Positions 1 through 9,977 of a stretch of 53,257 bases of DNA are shown one piece after another. Where the stretch lies: the NCBI GenBank assembly GCA_021399345.1, contig JAAFKI010000144.1:1-53257 (forward strand), in the 5' to 3' direction. The first letter of the stretch is position 1. The number at the start of each line of letters is the position of its first letter. The notes beneath the pieces were generated by a model, which was not told where the DNA came from, did not search any database, and saw only the letters and a program-made list of their open reading frames with translations. A program made the translations under genes and the position numbers. Origin of the DNA: Candidatus Heimdallarchaeota archaeon. GTDB lineage: Archaea > Asgardarchaeota > Heimdallarchaeia > Heimdallarchaeales > Heimdallarchaeaceae.

Positions 1-894
1 ATATATTATAAATAGAACAAAAGTAAAAGCTACAAGACTCCAGGATAAATTCCTATTCCATCTCGCAATATATCGACCTGTAAAAATACCAAATGGTAAT
101 AGAGTAAAGAATGAAAAAAGCAGCATAAACATTGGTATCTCTTTCAGAGCATATAACCAGACGACTCCAAATCCATTTGCAAACATAAATACTAGACAAA
201 CAATAGACCAGAACAACACCCAAACAATACCACTGAGAGCTACAATACCTCTTTCTCTATCACCTCCAGAGAAATCTCTAAAAACAAAAAAAGCTGGAAC
301 AACGAAAATTGGTACAAAAATGCTGACCAAGCCAAGAAGAATCCCTTGTAGCCATAATGTAACACCTGATCTTAATTTCATGCGTTTTGCAACTATTTTT
401 TGAATTGTATAGAATCCTGAGAAAATAAAAACTGAAACACCTAAATTGAGTAGTGTTGTATATAGAAAAAGAGGGGTTAATTGGGCACCTTGATACACTG
501 ATCTAATAACTATACTATGAGTTCCTAGGAATATGCTAAATAATAAAGAAGCAACAAATATGTTAATAATATCTGATTTCAAATCAAAAAGTGTAAAGAA
601 TGATGACCTCATCATAAATCTATCCTGAGATTCAAGCTGAATTGATTTTCGTTCAGAATCTCTTGGACCGTATATACTTTCTCCATATCTCTTTATCTTT
701 GCTTCATCCTTTTTTTCTGGTTTAGGTGGTGAAACTTTAGCTTTTTTATATTCATCAGTTTGATAAATTCCTATCTGTAAACAATTATGCTGTTCTGGTA
801 GTCGATGTTTAGCACAGTACATCTGACCACATAATTTGCACTTAAAGGGGAGAGAATCCCTTTCCATACATCCATCTAAAGAACAAGATTTCAT
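1..894 (-). CDS. AN1-type zinc finger fused to an M50 (site-2 protease)-like membrane domain, probably catalytically inactive; runs off the window edge
   Basis: Not in the ORF track. Manual translation from ATG at 894: MKSCSLDGCMERDSLPFKCKLCGQMYCAKHRLPEQHNC (AN1 pattern), then hydrophobic helices with RERGIVALSG and FFTLLPFGIFTGRYIARWN, resembling archaeal M50 NLLPxxPLDG..W. No HExxH. Confidence 0.8.
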   Translation of the reverse strand, partial: MKSCSLDGCMERDSLPFKCKLCGQMYCAKHRLPEQHNCLQIGIYQTDEYKKAKVSPPKPEKKDEAKIKRYGESIYGPRDSERKSIQLESQDRFMMRSSFFTLFDLKSDIINIFVASLLFSIFLGTHSIVIRSVYQGAQLTPLFLYTTLLNLGVSVFIFSGFYTIQKIVAKRMKLRSGVTLWLQGILLGLVSIFVPIFVVPAFFVFRDFSGGDRERGIVALSGIVWVLFWSIVCLVFMFANGFGVVWLYALKEIPMFMLLFSFFTLLPFGIFTGRYIARWNRNLSWSLVAFTFVLFIIY

Positions 895-909
895 AAATTC
901 ACTCTCTTT

Positions 910-1833
910 TTATTCCGACATATGATGAATACAAACTCCAGGATTCAGAAGTTTATCTCTTATTTTACTTGAAAGACATTTAGATATTTTCTGCCAGAAA
1001 TTCCTTTCTTTTGTTCTACCAATAATAACTAAATCTGGTTCATCTTTCAAAAAGATAGATTCTAGAGCAGGCAAAACTCCATGACCTAATATGAAGCTAG
1101 GTTTGATTAACTGTCCAAAAACCTGCTCATATTCTTCAATATATTTTTTGAAAGTATTGTTCTCTTTCTTTATTATTCTTTCTTGAGCTGCCCCACTCAA
1201 TGGAACTGTCCCTGGTACTTGTTCTATATGGTAAACTTTCACTTTGGCACCTTTTTGAGGTGCTGCAATTGCGGATGCCCACCTTAATAGAAATGGATCT
1301 CTTTTAGAATAGGGCAATAGTACAGCAATATTCTTGAGTTTGTCAGAATCTTTTTGCATTATGGGAGGAAATATTTGAAGGACTTCTGTTTCAATTTGTG
1401 GTATCACCGAATTAGATATACTTGGAATAGTCATTTTATCAAAAATAGTTGGTCGTCTTTTCCCAGACATTATGACAAGATCGTGTTTATGTTTCTTCCA
1501 ATAATCAACAATAGCTTTGGAAACATGGATAGCTTTGGAAACATGGGGTTTCTTTATTGTAATCAAATCATGTTCAACTTCAAACTTATGAAGTTTTTTG
1601 AGATAGCCATCAATATTTTTACCAGGATCGGTTCCAATATGGAGAAAGTCTAATTTTGCTCCATATTCATGAGATATGTAAAAAGCTAATTCTAAACCTG
1701 TACATTCGAACGGTCTTCCTCCAATAGGTACTAATATTTTATCCAGATTTAGGAAAAATTCATCTTGATAATCTGGGTGCAATTTGGAGGGAATCTTAGT
1801 CATTCTCTTGTTCGATTCAGAAACAGATTTCAT
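910..1833 (-). CDS. Tandem universal stress protein (USP) domain protein
   Basis: KILVPIGG...DLVIMSG and KNIAVLLP...DLVIIGR: two USP-like alpha/beta units. Confidence 0.8.
   Translation of the reverse strand: MKSVSESNKRMTKIPSKLHPDYQDEFFLNLDKILVPIGGRPFECTGLELAFYISHEYGAKLDFLHIGTDPGKNIDGYLKKLHKFEVEHDLITIKKPHVSKAIHVSKAIVDYWKKHKHDLVIMSGKRRPTIFDKMTIPSISNSVIPQIETEVLQIFPPIMQKDSDKLKNIAVLLPYSKRDPFLLRWASAIAAPQKGAKVKVYHIEQVPGTVPLSGAAQERIIKKENNTFKKYIEEYEQVFGQLIKPSFILGHGVLPALESIFLKDEPDLVIIGRTKERNFWQKISKCLSSKIRDKLLNPGVCIHHMSE
1511..1546. repeat. Perfect 18-bp tandem duplication inside the USP gene (HVSKAI x2)
   Basis: atagctttggaaacatgg at 1511-1528 and 1529-1546. Confidence 0.95.
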
Positions 1834-1858
1834 CTAATATAAACATTATGCAGTTCGG

Positions 1859-2869
1859 TTAGATGGAATTTCTTAAATCTATGATGTCCTCAGCAGAAGG
1901 GCCAGTACCAATTATGGCAACTTTGATTTTGGTGGCTTCTTCTATTTTATCAATAAACTTCGCAACATCACCTTTAATCTTATCAATGTCATTTGATTTA
2001 CTTATCTCAGGAAAGACAATATCAAGTTTAGTTAGAGCAATTTGAGTAGCACCATTAAGTCTAACTGATTTCTTAGCCAAGTCGTAATTGAATGGAGCAG
2101 CTCTTCGTAATCTCCCAGTTACAGCTCCGTATTCAGTCCATCCACGATTCACTGTTTCCTCTTCAGACAATTCACCCGGTAAATCGCCTGTCCCAACTCT
2201 AGTGAGAAATGCTTTCATAACAACTATTACTTCATCAACTCTTGTTGGACCTACACCAACGTCAGAGCAAATTGCAGCTGCAGAAGTATCCTTTGAAGTA
2301 ACATAAGGATATGAGCCATGGAATAATGAGAGCAGAATTGCTTGACTTCCCTCTGCCATTACATTTTTTCCTTCATCTAAAGAATCATTAATTTCAACAC
2401 TAACATCTGTTAGATATGGTTGTAACTCAGGGATGTCTCGTGCTAGTTTGAGAGAACGCATTGCTCGGTCCATGTTAGCAGGACCAGTTCCGCTACCTGT
2501 AGAACCTATTTTCCCTTTTAGATGAGCATCAGTAGAATCAATATCTATGTGTTTTTGCTCAATTATACCACATTGATAATCAACACCCATTCTATCCTCA
2601 GTCTTAGTTTCCTTGAGTTCTTTGAACAAGACATTAGGATCTACCAGCACTCCAGCTCCAATGAGCATTCTTACTTTAGGGTTAACAAAACCAGAAGGAA
2701 CCATTCGAAGCTTATACTCTCGTCCTTCAAATTCGATTGTATGACCAGCATTTGTTCCAACACCAGCACGAACAACGCTTTCAAGATCATCTTTCAAGGC
2801 TAGATAGGAGAGGAGCTTTCCCTTTCCTTCATCTCCCCAAAAACCACCGCAAACTACTGTGAAAGGCAT
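1859..2869 (-). CDS. purA: Adenylosuccinate synthetase (short archaeal form)
   Basis: WGDEGKGK, NAGHT, GSTGSG, YPYVTSKD, GRLRR and TKLD motifs. Confidence 0.97.
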   Translation of the reverse strand: MPFTVVCGGFWGDEGKGKLLSYLALKDDLESVVRAGVGTNAGHTIEFEGREYKLRMVPSGFVNPKVRMLIGAGVLVDPNVLFKELKETKTEDRMGVDYQCGIIEQKHIDIDSTDAHLKGKIGSTGSGTGPANMDRAMRSLKLARDIPELQPYLTDVSVEINDSLDEGKNVMAEGSQAILLSLFHGSYPYVTSKDTSAAAICSDVGVGPTRVDEVIVVMKAFLTRVGTGDLPGELSEEETVNRGWTEYGAVTGRLRRAAPFNYDLAKKSVRLNGATQIALTKLDIVFPEISKSNDIDKIKGDVAKFIDKIEEATKIKVAIIGTGPSAEDIIDLRNSI

Positions 2870-2982
2870 ACAACCTTGTTAATTTTTTACATATTGTTAA
2901 ACTTTTCATCTAGCCTCATTGTTCATGAAATAGAAAAATATTAGAAAACCTAATAAACTAACAATTTAAGCTTTTAATTGTA

Positions 2983-3546
2983 ATGTCTGTTTATGGAACT
3001 GTCAAAATAGTACTTCTCGGAGATTATGCTACAGGGAAAACCACCTTGAAAAGAAGTTTTATGGGACTTCATCTTGATGAAGCTTATATGAGCACTCTTG
3101 GAGTGGATCTAGCCTCTCATAAACATATAGATGAAGATATTGAGATTATGTTTCAAATCTGGGATCTTGGTGGTCAGGAAGAATATGCTAAACTTAGAGA
3201 GAAACAATATGTTGGTTCTGAAGGAGGTTTACTAGTTTTTGACAAGAGTCGACCTGAAACGTTTGCTAATCTAGAGAAATGGTTACAAGAACTTAATTCA
3301 TCAATCGAAGAAAATATCCCAATATTAGTATTAGGTAATAAAGAAGATTTGATGGAAGAAGCTGAAAATAGCCTTTGGAATGAGCAAGCGAAGACTTTTG
3401 TAGATAATTTCAAAGACAAATATCCTCACATTGAATTAATTGATTTCTATTCTACTTGTGCTCTTGTAGGAAAAAATGTCAATGAAGCTTTTATCGATCT
3501 GGGACGTATTATTATCAGAAGAAAAAGTGACAGGATGAAGATATAA
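2983..3546 (+). CDS. Ras-superfamily (Rab-like) small GTPase
   Basis: G1 GDYATGKT, G2 STLGVD, G3 WDLGGQ, G4 NKED, G5 TCA; no C-terminal prenylation cysteines. Confidence 0.93.
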   Translation: MSVYGTVKIVLLGDYATGKTTLKRSFMGLHLDEAYMSTLGVDLASHKHIDEDIEIMFQIWDLGGQEEYAKLREKQYVGSEGGLLVFDKSRPETFANLEKWLQELNSSIEENIPILVLGNKEDLMEEAENSLWNEQAKTFVDNFKDKYPHIELIDFYSTCALVGKNVNEAFIDLGRIIIRRKSDRMKI

Positions 3547-3608
3547 CAAAACCAAGAATTAAAATAGGTGTTATTCTCTGAAGGGTTAGAATAATACCGG
3601 TAATTATC

Positions 3609-4529
3609 ATGACTAATTCAGAATTATTCGACTTTGGATCAATCCTTGTAATGCTTCTTCCCGTACTAGTATTTATTGGATTATATCTTGGTTTTTATAT
3701 CTGGGGTAAATTTGCCAATAAGAAGAAGAAAGAGTTCTATATAGATGAAGTTCTGACAGCAATAGATCCATATATCATGAATTATTCTAGAAAAGATCCA
3801 AATGATCGTCAAGTAGAAATTAGGTGCCAAATGGGTGACGAGTATGCTGTAACGAGTACTTCTGCTTGGATTATTTTATTACCAAGAACCTCTTTTCCAA
3901 CCATGCTAGTTGATGGATTGTTCTTTAGAAATAAAGATTCATTCGGTTTAGCAGCGAATTTTCCAGATAAACCTAGAGTATTATTCGAAGTGATACCTTA
4001 TAAGATGAAATCAGCCATTCGAAAGGATTTTGATTATCTTGTAGAAATTGACGATATTGCTACTCCTGAACAAAATGTTAATGACTCATTCTTGATAAAG
4101 TCAAATAGAACAAGAGCAATTAATCAATTGATAAGGAGTAAAACTTTCCTGAAAGCTCTTGGAGAATATCCCAAGGAAATTCAGTGGATTTCTGTTCGTA
4201 CTGATGAACCTCATTTCGAGCTAAAATTCAACATGACTAAAAAAACTGCAGATCTTCTAGTACTCACAAAGTTTGCTATGACAGTTCTCAAGTATTTTGC
4301 AAAAGTTACTTCTCAAACAAAGGATTTACCAATTCCAACTGTTGTAAAGAAAGAAGTTAAGAAAATCTCTGACAAAGAAAAACAAAAGCAAGAGAAAGAG
4401 AAAGATAAACAAATGAAAGAACGAGAAAAACGAAGAGAGAGAGCTAGAACTGCAGAAGAAAAAAGAGCTAAAAAGAAAGCAAAAGAAGAGGAAAGAGCAA
4501 TTCGAAAAACAAGAAAAACACAAGATTAG
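3609..4529 (+). CDS. CCDC47 (PAT complex subunit, DUF1682)-like single-pass membrane protein
   Basis: N-terminal TM ending YIWGKFANKK, globular domain, long K/E/R-rich C-terminal coiled coil; motif order matches remembered CCDC47. Confidence 0.65.
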   Translation: MTNSELFDFGSILVMLLPVLVFIGLYLGFYIWGKFANKKKKEFYIDEVLTAIDPYIMNYSRKDPNDRQVEIRCQMGDEYAVTSTSAWIILLPRTSFPTMLVDGLFFRNKDSFGLAANFPDKPRVLFEVIPYKMKSAIRKDFDYLVEIDDIATPEQNVNDSFLIKSNRTRAINQLIRSKTFLKALGEYPKEIQWISVRTDEPHFELKFNMTKKTADLLVLTKFAMTVLKYFAKVTSQTKDLPIPTVVKKEVKKISDKEKQKQEKEKDKQMKEREKRRERARTAEEKRAKKKAKEEERAIRKTRKTQD

Positions 4530-4658
4530 CTATTTGTTTTTCTTCTTATATTCTTTCATTAGAGAACGTTTATTGAAATAATTTATATAGTTCATAAATG
4601 ATTGTTCTCAACCATTTAGATTGTTTATCCTCAATGTACCAATCACAGAAAGTAAAAT

Positions 4659-5528
4659 TTGGAGATGATTAATTTGGAAACTAAGAAAGTGAAAGTAATC
4701 GTTGATAGTACCGCCGATTTACCTAAGGAATTAGCTGAGAAGTATGATATCGATATAGTGCCAGTTTATATTCATTATGAAGATAAAATGTATGCAGATG
4801 GAATTGATCTTAAAGTTGAAGATTATTATGAAATGCTTAGAGAATTCAAAGAATTACCAACAACTTCAGCTCCAAGTCCTAAAGATTTTCTTGATAAAAT
4901 CTCAGAAGCAATGAAAAATTATTCCTCCATATTTGTTACAACTTTATCATCTAAATTATCAGCAACATTTCAATCAGCAAGAATTGTTACAAAAAGAATA
5001 AAAGATAAACAAATTTATTTGATAGATTCAAAATTTGGTTCAGGTGTTTTAGCATTTGTCTCTTTAGCAATTGCTAAACTGGCAAGAAGGGGAGTTCCTG
5101 AAGAAGAGATAGTTAAGAAAGTAGAAGAGATACGAGATGAATCTCTCCTTGTAGGATATGTTGAGAATCTAGATAATCTTAAGAAATCAGGAAGAATATC
5201 TAATCTTAGATTTTTCGTTGGGAATCTGCTAAAAGCAAAACCAATTATCGAGCTTAAAGATGGAGTTCTAGAACCAGTAGATAAAGCTGCAGGAAAAGAA
5301 AAGGCTCAAAATAGAGTTATAAAAGAAATTCTAAGTAGAATAAAGAAGAACAAACAATATGATCTGATGATAACTCATGGTGATGATAGAGAAGCAGCAG
5401 ACAAGATTATGAAGGAACTCGAAACTAAGATACCTTTAGGTGAAAAGATTATCAATTATTTAACACCAGCACTTGCTACTCATTTGGGAATTGGAACAAT
5501 TGTAGTTTCTATATCACCAAGTCCCTAA
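4659..5528 (+). CDS. DegV/FakB family fatty-acid-binding protein
   Basis: VDSTADLP, PTTSAPS, LSSKLSAT, IDSK, LKKSGR, HLGIG; the true start may be a few codons downstream. Confidence 0.92.
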   Translation: MEMINLETKKVKVIVDSTADLPKELAEKYDIDIVPVYIHYEDKMYADGIDLKVEDYYEMLREFKELPTTSAPSPKDFLDKISEAMKNYSSIFVTTLSSKLSATFQSARIVTKRIKDKQIYLIDSKFGSGVLAFVSLAIAKLARRGVPEEEIVKKVEEIRDESLLVGYVENLDNLKKSGRISNLRFFVGNLLKAKPIIELKDGVLEPVDKAAGKEKAQNRVIKEILSRIKKNKQYDLMITHGDDREAADKIMKELETKIPLGEKIINYLTPALATHLGIGTIVVSISPSP

Positions 5529-5532
5529 GCAT

Positions 5533-7116
5533 TCAAATTTCTTTAGCTTTAAAATTTAATGCTTTTTCTATAATAGGATATATGAAATTAGGTATATCTG
5601 AAGCCATAAGACCATCACCAAAACTTCTAGCAGCAAGTTCTCCAGCAGCACCTGAGATAAAAGCACCTAAGCATGAAGAAAGAAATGGATCTTCAGTTAC
5701 TGATAATAACGCCGCAACTATTCCTGTTAGAACATCTCCAGTTCCCCCTACGCTCATTCCAGGATGACCCGTTTCATTAAACTTGGTTATTTTACCATTT
5801 GAGATTATATCTATTTCTCCCTTAAGTAGAATTGTAGTATTCCATTTCTGAGCTGCCTCAGTAACAATCTTTGAATCGGATTCTAAATCTCCTGTCAACT
5901 TTATTCCAAAAATACTCCTAAACTCTCCTTTATGTGGTGTTAAAACAACATTATGATTCTTAAGCAGTTTAAGATGTTCTTCATCCATCATACTTAGAGC
6001 ACTTGCATCAATCACAACCTGTCGCTTTTCTTCATTCTCCAAGAATTTCAGAAGAGTGTTTTTAGTAGTTTGTGAATTCATCATTCCAGGTCCTACAATA
6101 AAACTGGAACCTTCAATCCTTGGATGTGAGAAAAGATTTTCTATATCTGATGGTTCTATCTCTTTTTGACTAGCTGGAATGGTAATAAAATCTGGTTTGT
6201 AAGATGCAACTGTATTCCTAATATCAGAAGGAGTAAGAATAAAGATAAGATCTGCACCTGTCCTAAAAGCTCCCATTCCAGCTAAAGCTGGAGCACCAAT
6301 ATAATCCATCGAACCTGCAATGATTGTAATCACACCGTTTTGACGCTTATAGCTGTTTGATCTTCTTCTTGGGTAATACCATTTCAAATCTCCGAAACCA
6401 ATATATTTCTCAGCTTTTAATGGGATTCCTATATTTCTGACTACAATCTCAGTTTCAGAGAAAATTTTCGCTTCAATTTTGTTTCTTCCAAGGCATATTA
6501 TCTTTTTGGGATTTCTAATGAACATCTCATTTTCTACTTCAGGATCATACCCAGAAGGTAAATCTACAGAAATTATACCTCCTTTGTACTCTTGATTAAT
6601 GAAATCTATCAAAGAATAATAGGGCTCTCTCAAACTTCCTTGGATTCCAATTCCAAAGATGCAATCTATGAGAAGGTTTTCCTTTCCAATCTCCACAAAT
6701 ATTCGTTCAATATCAGATATTTCTCTTATCTGATACCAGTTTTCTATTGGTAAAACAGCTTTCAGTTTATTGTAATTTTCTTGTGATGCCAAGGAGTTGA
6801 ATGTGGTTTTATCCCCTACCACAACTATCTTACAGTTGTATTCTTTTTCTAGAAGATATCTAGCAGCAACTAACCCGTCTCCACCATTATTTCCAAATCC
6901 AACCAGAAAGACAATATCCTTCAAATATTTTGAATTAAAATAATTTTCGATTTCTTCAGCTATTACTTGTCCAGCAGTTTCCATCATCTCAAAAATTGTT
7001 ACTCCTGTAAAAAAGACATTTTCTTCTATAGCTCTAGTCATTTTGATAGTAAAAACCTTGTCAGAATTATTATTCATTGAATAAAATAAACAATATCTTC
7101 TAATAACTTTTTTCAA
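5533..7116 (-). CDS. nnr: Bifunctional NAD(P)HX epimerase/dehydratase (YjeF/Nnr)
   Basis: MMETAG, GNNGGDG, DLPSG, LTPHKGEF, LLKG, GGTGDVLTG; real start probably MNNNSDK (about 7077). Confidence 0.93.
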   Translation of the reverse strand: MKKVIRRYCLFYSMNNNSDKVFTIKMTRAIEENVFFTGVTIFEMMETAGQVIAEEIENYFNSKYLKDIVFLVGFGNNGGDGLVAARYLLEKEYNCKIVVVGDKTTFNSLASQENYNKLKAVLPIENWYQIREISDIERIFVEIGKENLLIDCIFGIGIQGSLREPYYSLIDFINQEYKGGIISVDLPSGYDPEVENEMFIRNPKKIICLGRNKIEAKIFSETEIVVRNIGIPLKAEKYIGFGDLKWYYPRRRSNSYKRQNGVITIIAGSMDYIGAPALAGMGAFRTGADLIFILTPSDIRNTVASYKPDFITIPASQKEIEPSDIENLFSHPRIEGSSFIVGPGMMNSQTTKNTLLKFLENEEKRQVVIDASALSMMDEEHLKLLKNHNVVLTPHKGEFRSIFGIKLTGDLESDSKIVTEAAQKWNTTILLKGEIDIISNGKITKFNETGHPGMSVGGTGDVLTGIVAALLSVTEDPFLSSCLGAFISGAAGELAARSFGDGLMASDIPNFIYPIIEKALNFKAKEI

Positions 7117-7139
7117 ATATTAGAAAAAAAAAGAGAAAA

Positions 7140-7709
7140 TTAGACAATATTTCCATATTTGCGTGCTTTTTTGAACTCTGATTCTAATTCTTTCTCTAAA
7201 TTTGCAGTCAGAAATCTACTGATATCTATGATTTCATTATATTCTGTAAAGGCAGATTCAAATGAGTTTAATGAGTTTTCTAATAATTCAACATATGTTA
7301 CATTTTTTTCTATGAAAGTCATTGTCTTACTTATATTATGAGCAATGGTTTTCAACAATTTATTCGTTTCTACATCCCTTTTGCATAAATCGAGTAACTT
7401 TTTGGGCGTTTTAATTGGGAAATCTAAGCCTTCCATCTCAATCATTAAATCAATTCTTTCTGCACTAACTTGTTCCATATCATTGTAAAGAGAACACAAT
7501 GATGCAAGATTTGCAATTATTTCTTCCTTTTTTGTAACGATCTTGCCTTTTGAAGATATGACCTCTTTAACATCTCTAAACACATCAGGACTTAAGGAAA
7601 TTATGCTCTGGGTTTTTTCATCCCAAACATTGTTTACATCCTTCAAAATGCTAATGAAAGAACCTGTTGTGTGTGCAAGTGTATCACTTTTTCTTAGATT
7701 TTTATTCAC
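7140..7709 (-). CDS. Hypothetical alpha-helical protein
   Basis: 189-aa ORF with GTG start and upstream GGTGA; amphipathic helices. Confidence 0.6.
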   Translation of the reverse strand: MNKNLRKSDTLAHTTGSFISILKDVNNVWDEKTQSIISLSPDVFRDVKEVISSKGKIVTKKEEIIANLASLCSLYNDMEQVSAERIDLMIEMEGLDFPIKTPKKLLDLCKRDVETNKLLKTIAHNISKTMTFIEKNVTYVELLENSLNSFESAFTEYNEIIDISRFLTANLEKELESEFKKARKYGNIV

Positions 7710-7936
7710 TTTTAATCACCTATACCTTGAAAAGATAATACTATGTCTATCGAAAATTTACAAACAAAAATTGAATCTTTCCCTTTTGGAAACATTACAA
7801 TATTAATAGCACATGAACATAATTAAACTTAACGTTAGTCCGATATGATACGTAAGATATCTTTTCAACACCCCGTAATCTATTAGTTTCTCAAATACCG
7901 ATGCATTCAAAATAGAATACAAATTACTTCTCTTGA

Positions 7937-8941
7937 ATGCCTTTCTCAAAAATATCTAATGATGTTAAAGGAAAGGTACTTGATGTACAACTATATATTT
8001 CTCAATGTGCTGTTCTTGCGCATAACCTCTTATATGCTACAGATTCAAAGCCAGGAGGTGCTTCCTTTAGAAATGAATTTAAAGATACAAAAACTGAGCA
8101 CTTCTTAATAGGGGGTACTAATCTTTATTCTCCAATTTTTGGACTTTCAAAGAGAGGAATTCTTGTTGCTGAAAATCATCTGTGGTATGAGGATGCGGAA
8201 ATTGGTTTTTTTATTGAAAGAGCTCTAGAAAGAGCTCTAACTTGGTATAAGGGTTCAGGAAATACAATACTAGGAACTTTGATAATGTTTGCACCAATTA
8301 CACTTGGAGCAGCTCATAGTTTTGCTCATGAAGGTATGAAGACCAATACTCGATTAAATCTAGACAACGTAGTCTATATATCGGAACAGTTTCTCAAAAA
8401 TTCCACTACAGAAGATTGTATCTATCTCACAGAAGCTTTAAATAAATCTGTTTCAGAAAAATTGCTCCCATCTGATAAAGAGGAAGATGATTTCAATTCA
8501 TTTTTGGAAATCCATAAACATGAAAGAACAAATCTCCACGAATACACAAATTTCTATAAGGGTAGAGATCTCATCTTTCACGAATTATCACATAAATACC
8601 AAATCACACTCAAATATGGCTATACTACCTTTTTGAGAGCATTTGAAGAGAATCAGGATTTTAGAAATTCAATTACTCAAACCTATATTACTTTACTCTC
8701 AGAAAAGAGAGATACTCATATAGCTAAAAGATTTGGTAATGAAATTGCTTCATATGTTAACAAAGAAGCAAAGGAAGTTGTTCAAGCTGGTGGAGTATTT
8801 ACTGATGGTGGCAAAACAAAAATAAAAGAGTTAGATGCCTATCTTAGAACATCACAAGATACACAAATAAATCCAGGAACTACAGCTGACATTACTGCCA
8901 CTACTGTCTTTCTAGCACTGCTGCAGGGATATCGTCCTTAA
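7937..8941 (+). CDS. citG: Triphosphoribosyl-dephospho-CoA synthase (CitG) family protein
   Basis: KPG, GNTILG, DTHIAKRFG, INPGTTADITA motifs. Confidence 0.82.
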   Translation: MPFSKISNDVKGKVLDVQLYISQCAVLAHNLLYATDSKPGGASFRNEFKDTKTEHFLIGGTNLYSPIFGLSKRGILVAENHLWYEDAEIGFFIERALERALTWYKGSGNTILGTLIMFAPITLGAAHSFAHEGMKTNTRLNLDNVVYISEQFLKNSTTEDCIYLTEALNKSVSEKLLPSDKEEDDFNSFLEIHKHERTNLHEYTNFYKGRDLIFHELSHKYQITLKYGYTTFLRAFEENQDFRNSITQTYITLLSEKRDTHIAKRFGNEIASYVNKEAKEVVQAGGVFTDGGKTKIKELDAYLRTSQDTQINPGTTADITATTVFLALLQGYRP

Positions 8942-9977
8942 CAATTATCGCTTCTTCGAACACTTTTTTTGTACGTTCTATAATTGTTGACACAGAAATT
9001 GCTCTATTAAATTCCATGACAATTGTTCGATTAATTAATTTAATATAGATATAGCTTTTCTCATCATAGTTTAGAATCTGTAAATGTGTAGGAGAATCAA
9101 ATAAGAATTGAAATCCTTTTTCTGCTGCTTTGAACAAATCTAGTATGAACTTGTGATCATCATGGATTTCTTTTTGTGTGGTGGTTGAAACCAAGTTTTT
9201 AGAATATACATCTATTGAATCAGGGGCGTATGTTTTAGTAAACATTTTAATCAGTTGCTGAGCTGTTTTTGTTTTAAATTGTTTTATTCCCTTTGCCTTT
9301 AGCTCTTCTACATATGATTCGGTTATTATAATGGCATGAGGTAAAATAATTGTTTGAATAATATTTCCCTTATGCGTAATGTGGAAGCAAGTTCCCTTAG
9401 GGTAATTAGCTAGTTTAGAAGTAACCTTCTTCACACTTTTACCTAATACTTGGAAAATGGTAAAACTATCAATATTATAGTTTGGTGCACTTGCTCTTAC
9501 AATAAGTGGTTCATAATCTAGTGATAATAAACACCAAGCTCGAAGATTTCGACCTTCTTGATCATGAATTAAGACATCAGCTACATCCGCACCACATTCA
9601 AGGAGGATTTCCTTACATCTACCCTGAAAATCATGAAAAATGCTGACATTTCCGTCAAAATCCTTAATCTGCTCAGAATACTCTTTCATAAATTTTTCAA
9701 ACATACAATTACTTACATATTCAGCATAATTACCAGGCATCTCATCTGAAATCTGGAAAATGAAAATAAGAGAATCTTTGGAAATAACAAGAAACTGGCT
9801 TTCTTCAAGAAGAAGTCTTGAAAGCTTTTCTTTTTCAGTTTCCTCAACGAATTTTAGGATTGCTGTCAATAATCCTGAAACTAAAACTTCATCATCTCTT
9901 CCGTACTCTTCATAATCGAAAATAGGAACACCATGTTCTGTAATGATTAAGATTCGTTTGATTAACACTTGCTTCAT
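8901..9977 (-). CDS. Multi-longin/roadblock domain protein (probably three units)
   Basis: N-terminal ILIITEHGVPIF...LVSGLLTAILKFVEE longin pattern, then two more beta-beta-helix-beta-beta-beta-helix segments. Confidence 0.7.
   Translation of the reverse strand: MKQVLIKRILIITEHGVPIFDYEEYGRDDEVLVSGLLTAILKFVEETEKEKLSRLLLEESQFLVISKDSLIFIFQISDEMPGNYAEYVSNCMFEKFMKEYSEQIKDFDGNVSIFHDFQGRCKEILLECGADVADVLIHDQEGRNLRAWCLLSLDYEPLIVRASAPNYNIDSFTIFQVLGKSVKKVTSKLANYPKGTCFHITHKGNIIQTIILPHAIIITESYVEELKAKGIKQFKTKTAQQLIKMFTKTYAPDSIDVYSKNLVSTTTQKEIHDDHKFILDLFKAAEKGFQFLFDSPTHLQILNYDEKSYIYIKLINRTIVMEFNRAISVSTIIERTKKVFEEAIIVKDDIPAAVLERQ

Noticed and set aside
4370-4529. Purine-rich low-complexity tract as a DNA repeat
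   Set aside because: It encodes the K/E/R-rich helix of the CCDC47-like protein
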